A stretch of 64,000 nt of DNA from the human T2T-CHM13v2.0 reference genome, Homo sapiens. Numbering within the stretch: position 1 is the stretch's first letter; each line of letters starts with the position of its first letter. Below, piece by piece: positions 63,431-64,000 of the stretch. The stretch is taken from assembly GCF_009914755.1 (NCBI RefSeq), contig NC_060929.1; one strand, written 5' to 3'. A program made the position numbers and the translations under genes. The notes beneath the pieces were generated by a model. It was not told where the DNA came from. It did not search any database and worked only from the letters and a program-made list of their open reading frames with translations.

Positions 63431-64000
63431 AAAGCACTTTCCAGGCTAGTGATCATTATTTAAGACAAGATTGCAGGTCTGGAAGTCAGGGGCCTATAAG
63501 CCAGACTTGCCTGTAGAACTCATTGTGAGATGCCTACTGAGTTCTCTCCTTTCTTCATATCTGTCTCAGAGCTCTTCTTTTTTAAAATGAAGATGTGATA
63601 TGGCTGATTTCCAGGCTCTTTTCTGGCAATAAACTTCTGAGACCCTGTGCTGTAATAGGTTTGATCTCTGAAGGGATTTTGAGAAAGTTGTGAATAGATC
63701 ATGGATGAAATCTTATATCCAGGACAAGGACAATGCCATCATTATGTTCCTGGTCCTTGTAATAATCTTGATTTTTCTCAGGCTTTGGTAAGCTGATTGT
63801 CTCTATGGGAAGCCCTCTGTTAAACCTCTGTTACCACGACATTTCTCTTCCAGAAGTTAAAGTTAAATAGCGCTGAAACTTGAGGTCTTCCCTGGAAGTG
63901 TAAAGCAACATTCCTGAGAATTAAGGGGTATCTGAGAACTCTTAAGGCTCATGTCTAAGAGAATGACAAAACTAGGAAGTTAAAAATGAAATAAAGATAG

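Noticed and set aside
63520-63702. 60-aa ORF near the window end as a coding exon
   Set aside because: No recognisable homology or convincing flanking splice sites

Overview
AT-rich, CpG-depleted, repeat-dense primate (human-like) genomic DNA, probably intergenic or intronic. I can support no intact host protein-coding gene, RNA gene or CRISPR array. Nearly all long ORFs are decayed LINE-1 ORF1/ORF2, ERV-L pol or HSMAR2 mariner transposase. The main elements are a full-length L1PA4-like LINE-1 (19390-25564, -), a 5'-truncated L1PA6-like LINE-1 (49662-54056, +), a twin-primed L1PA11-like element, an L1PB4/L1M composite, a full-length HSMAR2, two ERV-L internal remnants, many MaLR/ERV solo LTRs, Tigger/hAT MITEs, five Alus and MIR/L2 relics. 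The most notable structures are not named features. (i) There are several locally templated insertions: a ~335-bp mosaic of both flanks copied into a MER47B, a two-piece inverted patch at 48925-48988, an inverted patch inside an AluJ, and short fold-back hairpins. (ii) An L1 carries a probable 3' transduction with its own AATAAA. (iii) An L1 has a chimeric 170-bp duplication whose copies differ at subfamily-type sites. (iv) A MER2 is split into three pieces over 9.5 kb, possibly within one ancient two-LTR ERV-L provirus. I found no convincing evidence of a novel coding system. Subfamily names come from recalled consensus sequences and need RepeatMasker/Dfam confirmation.
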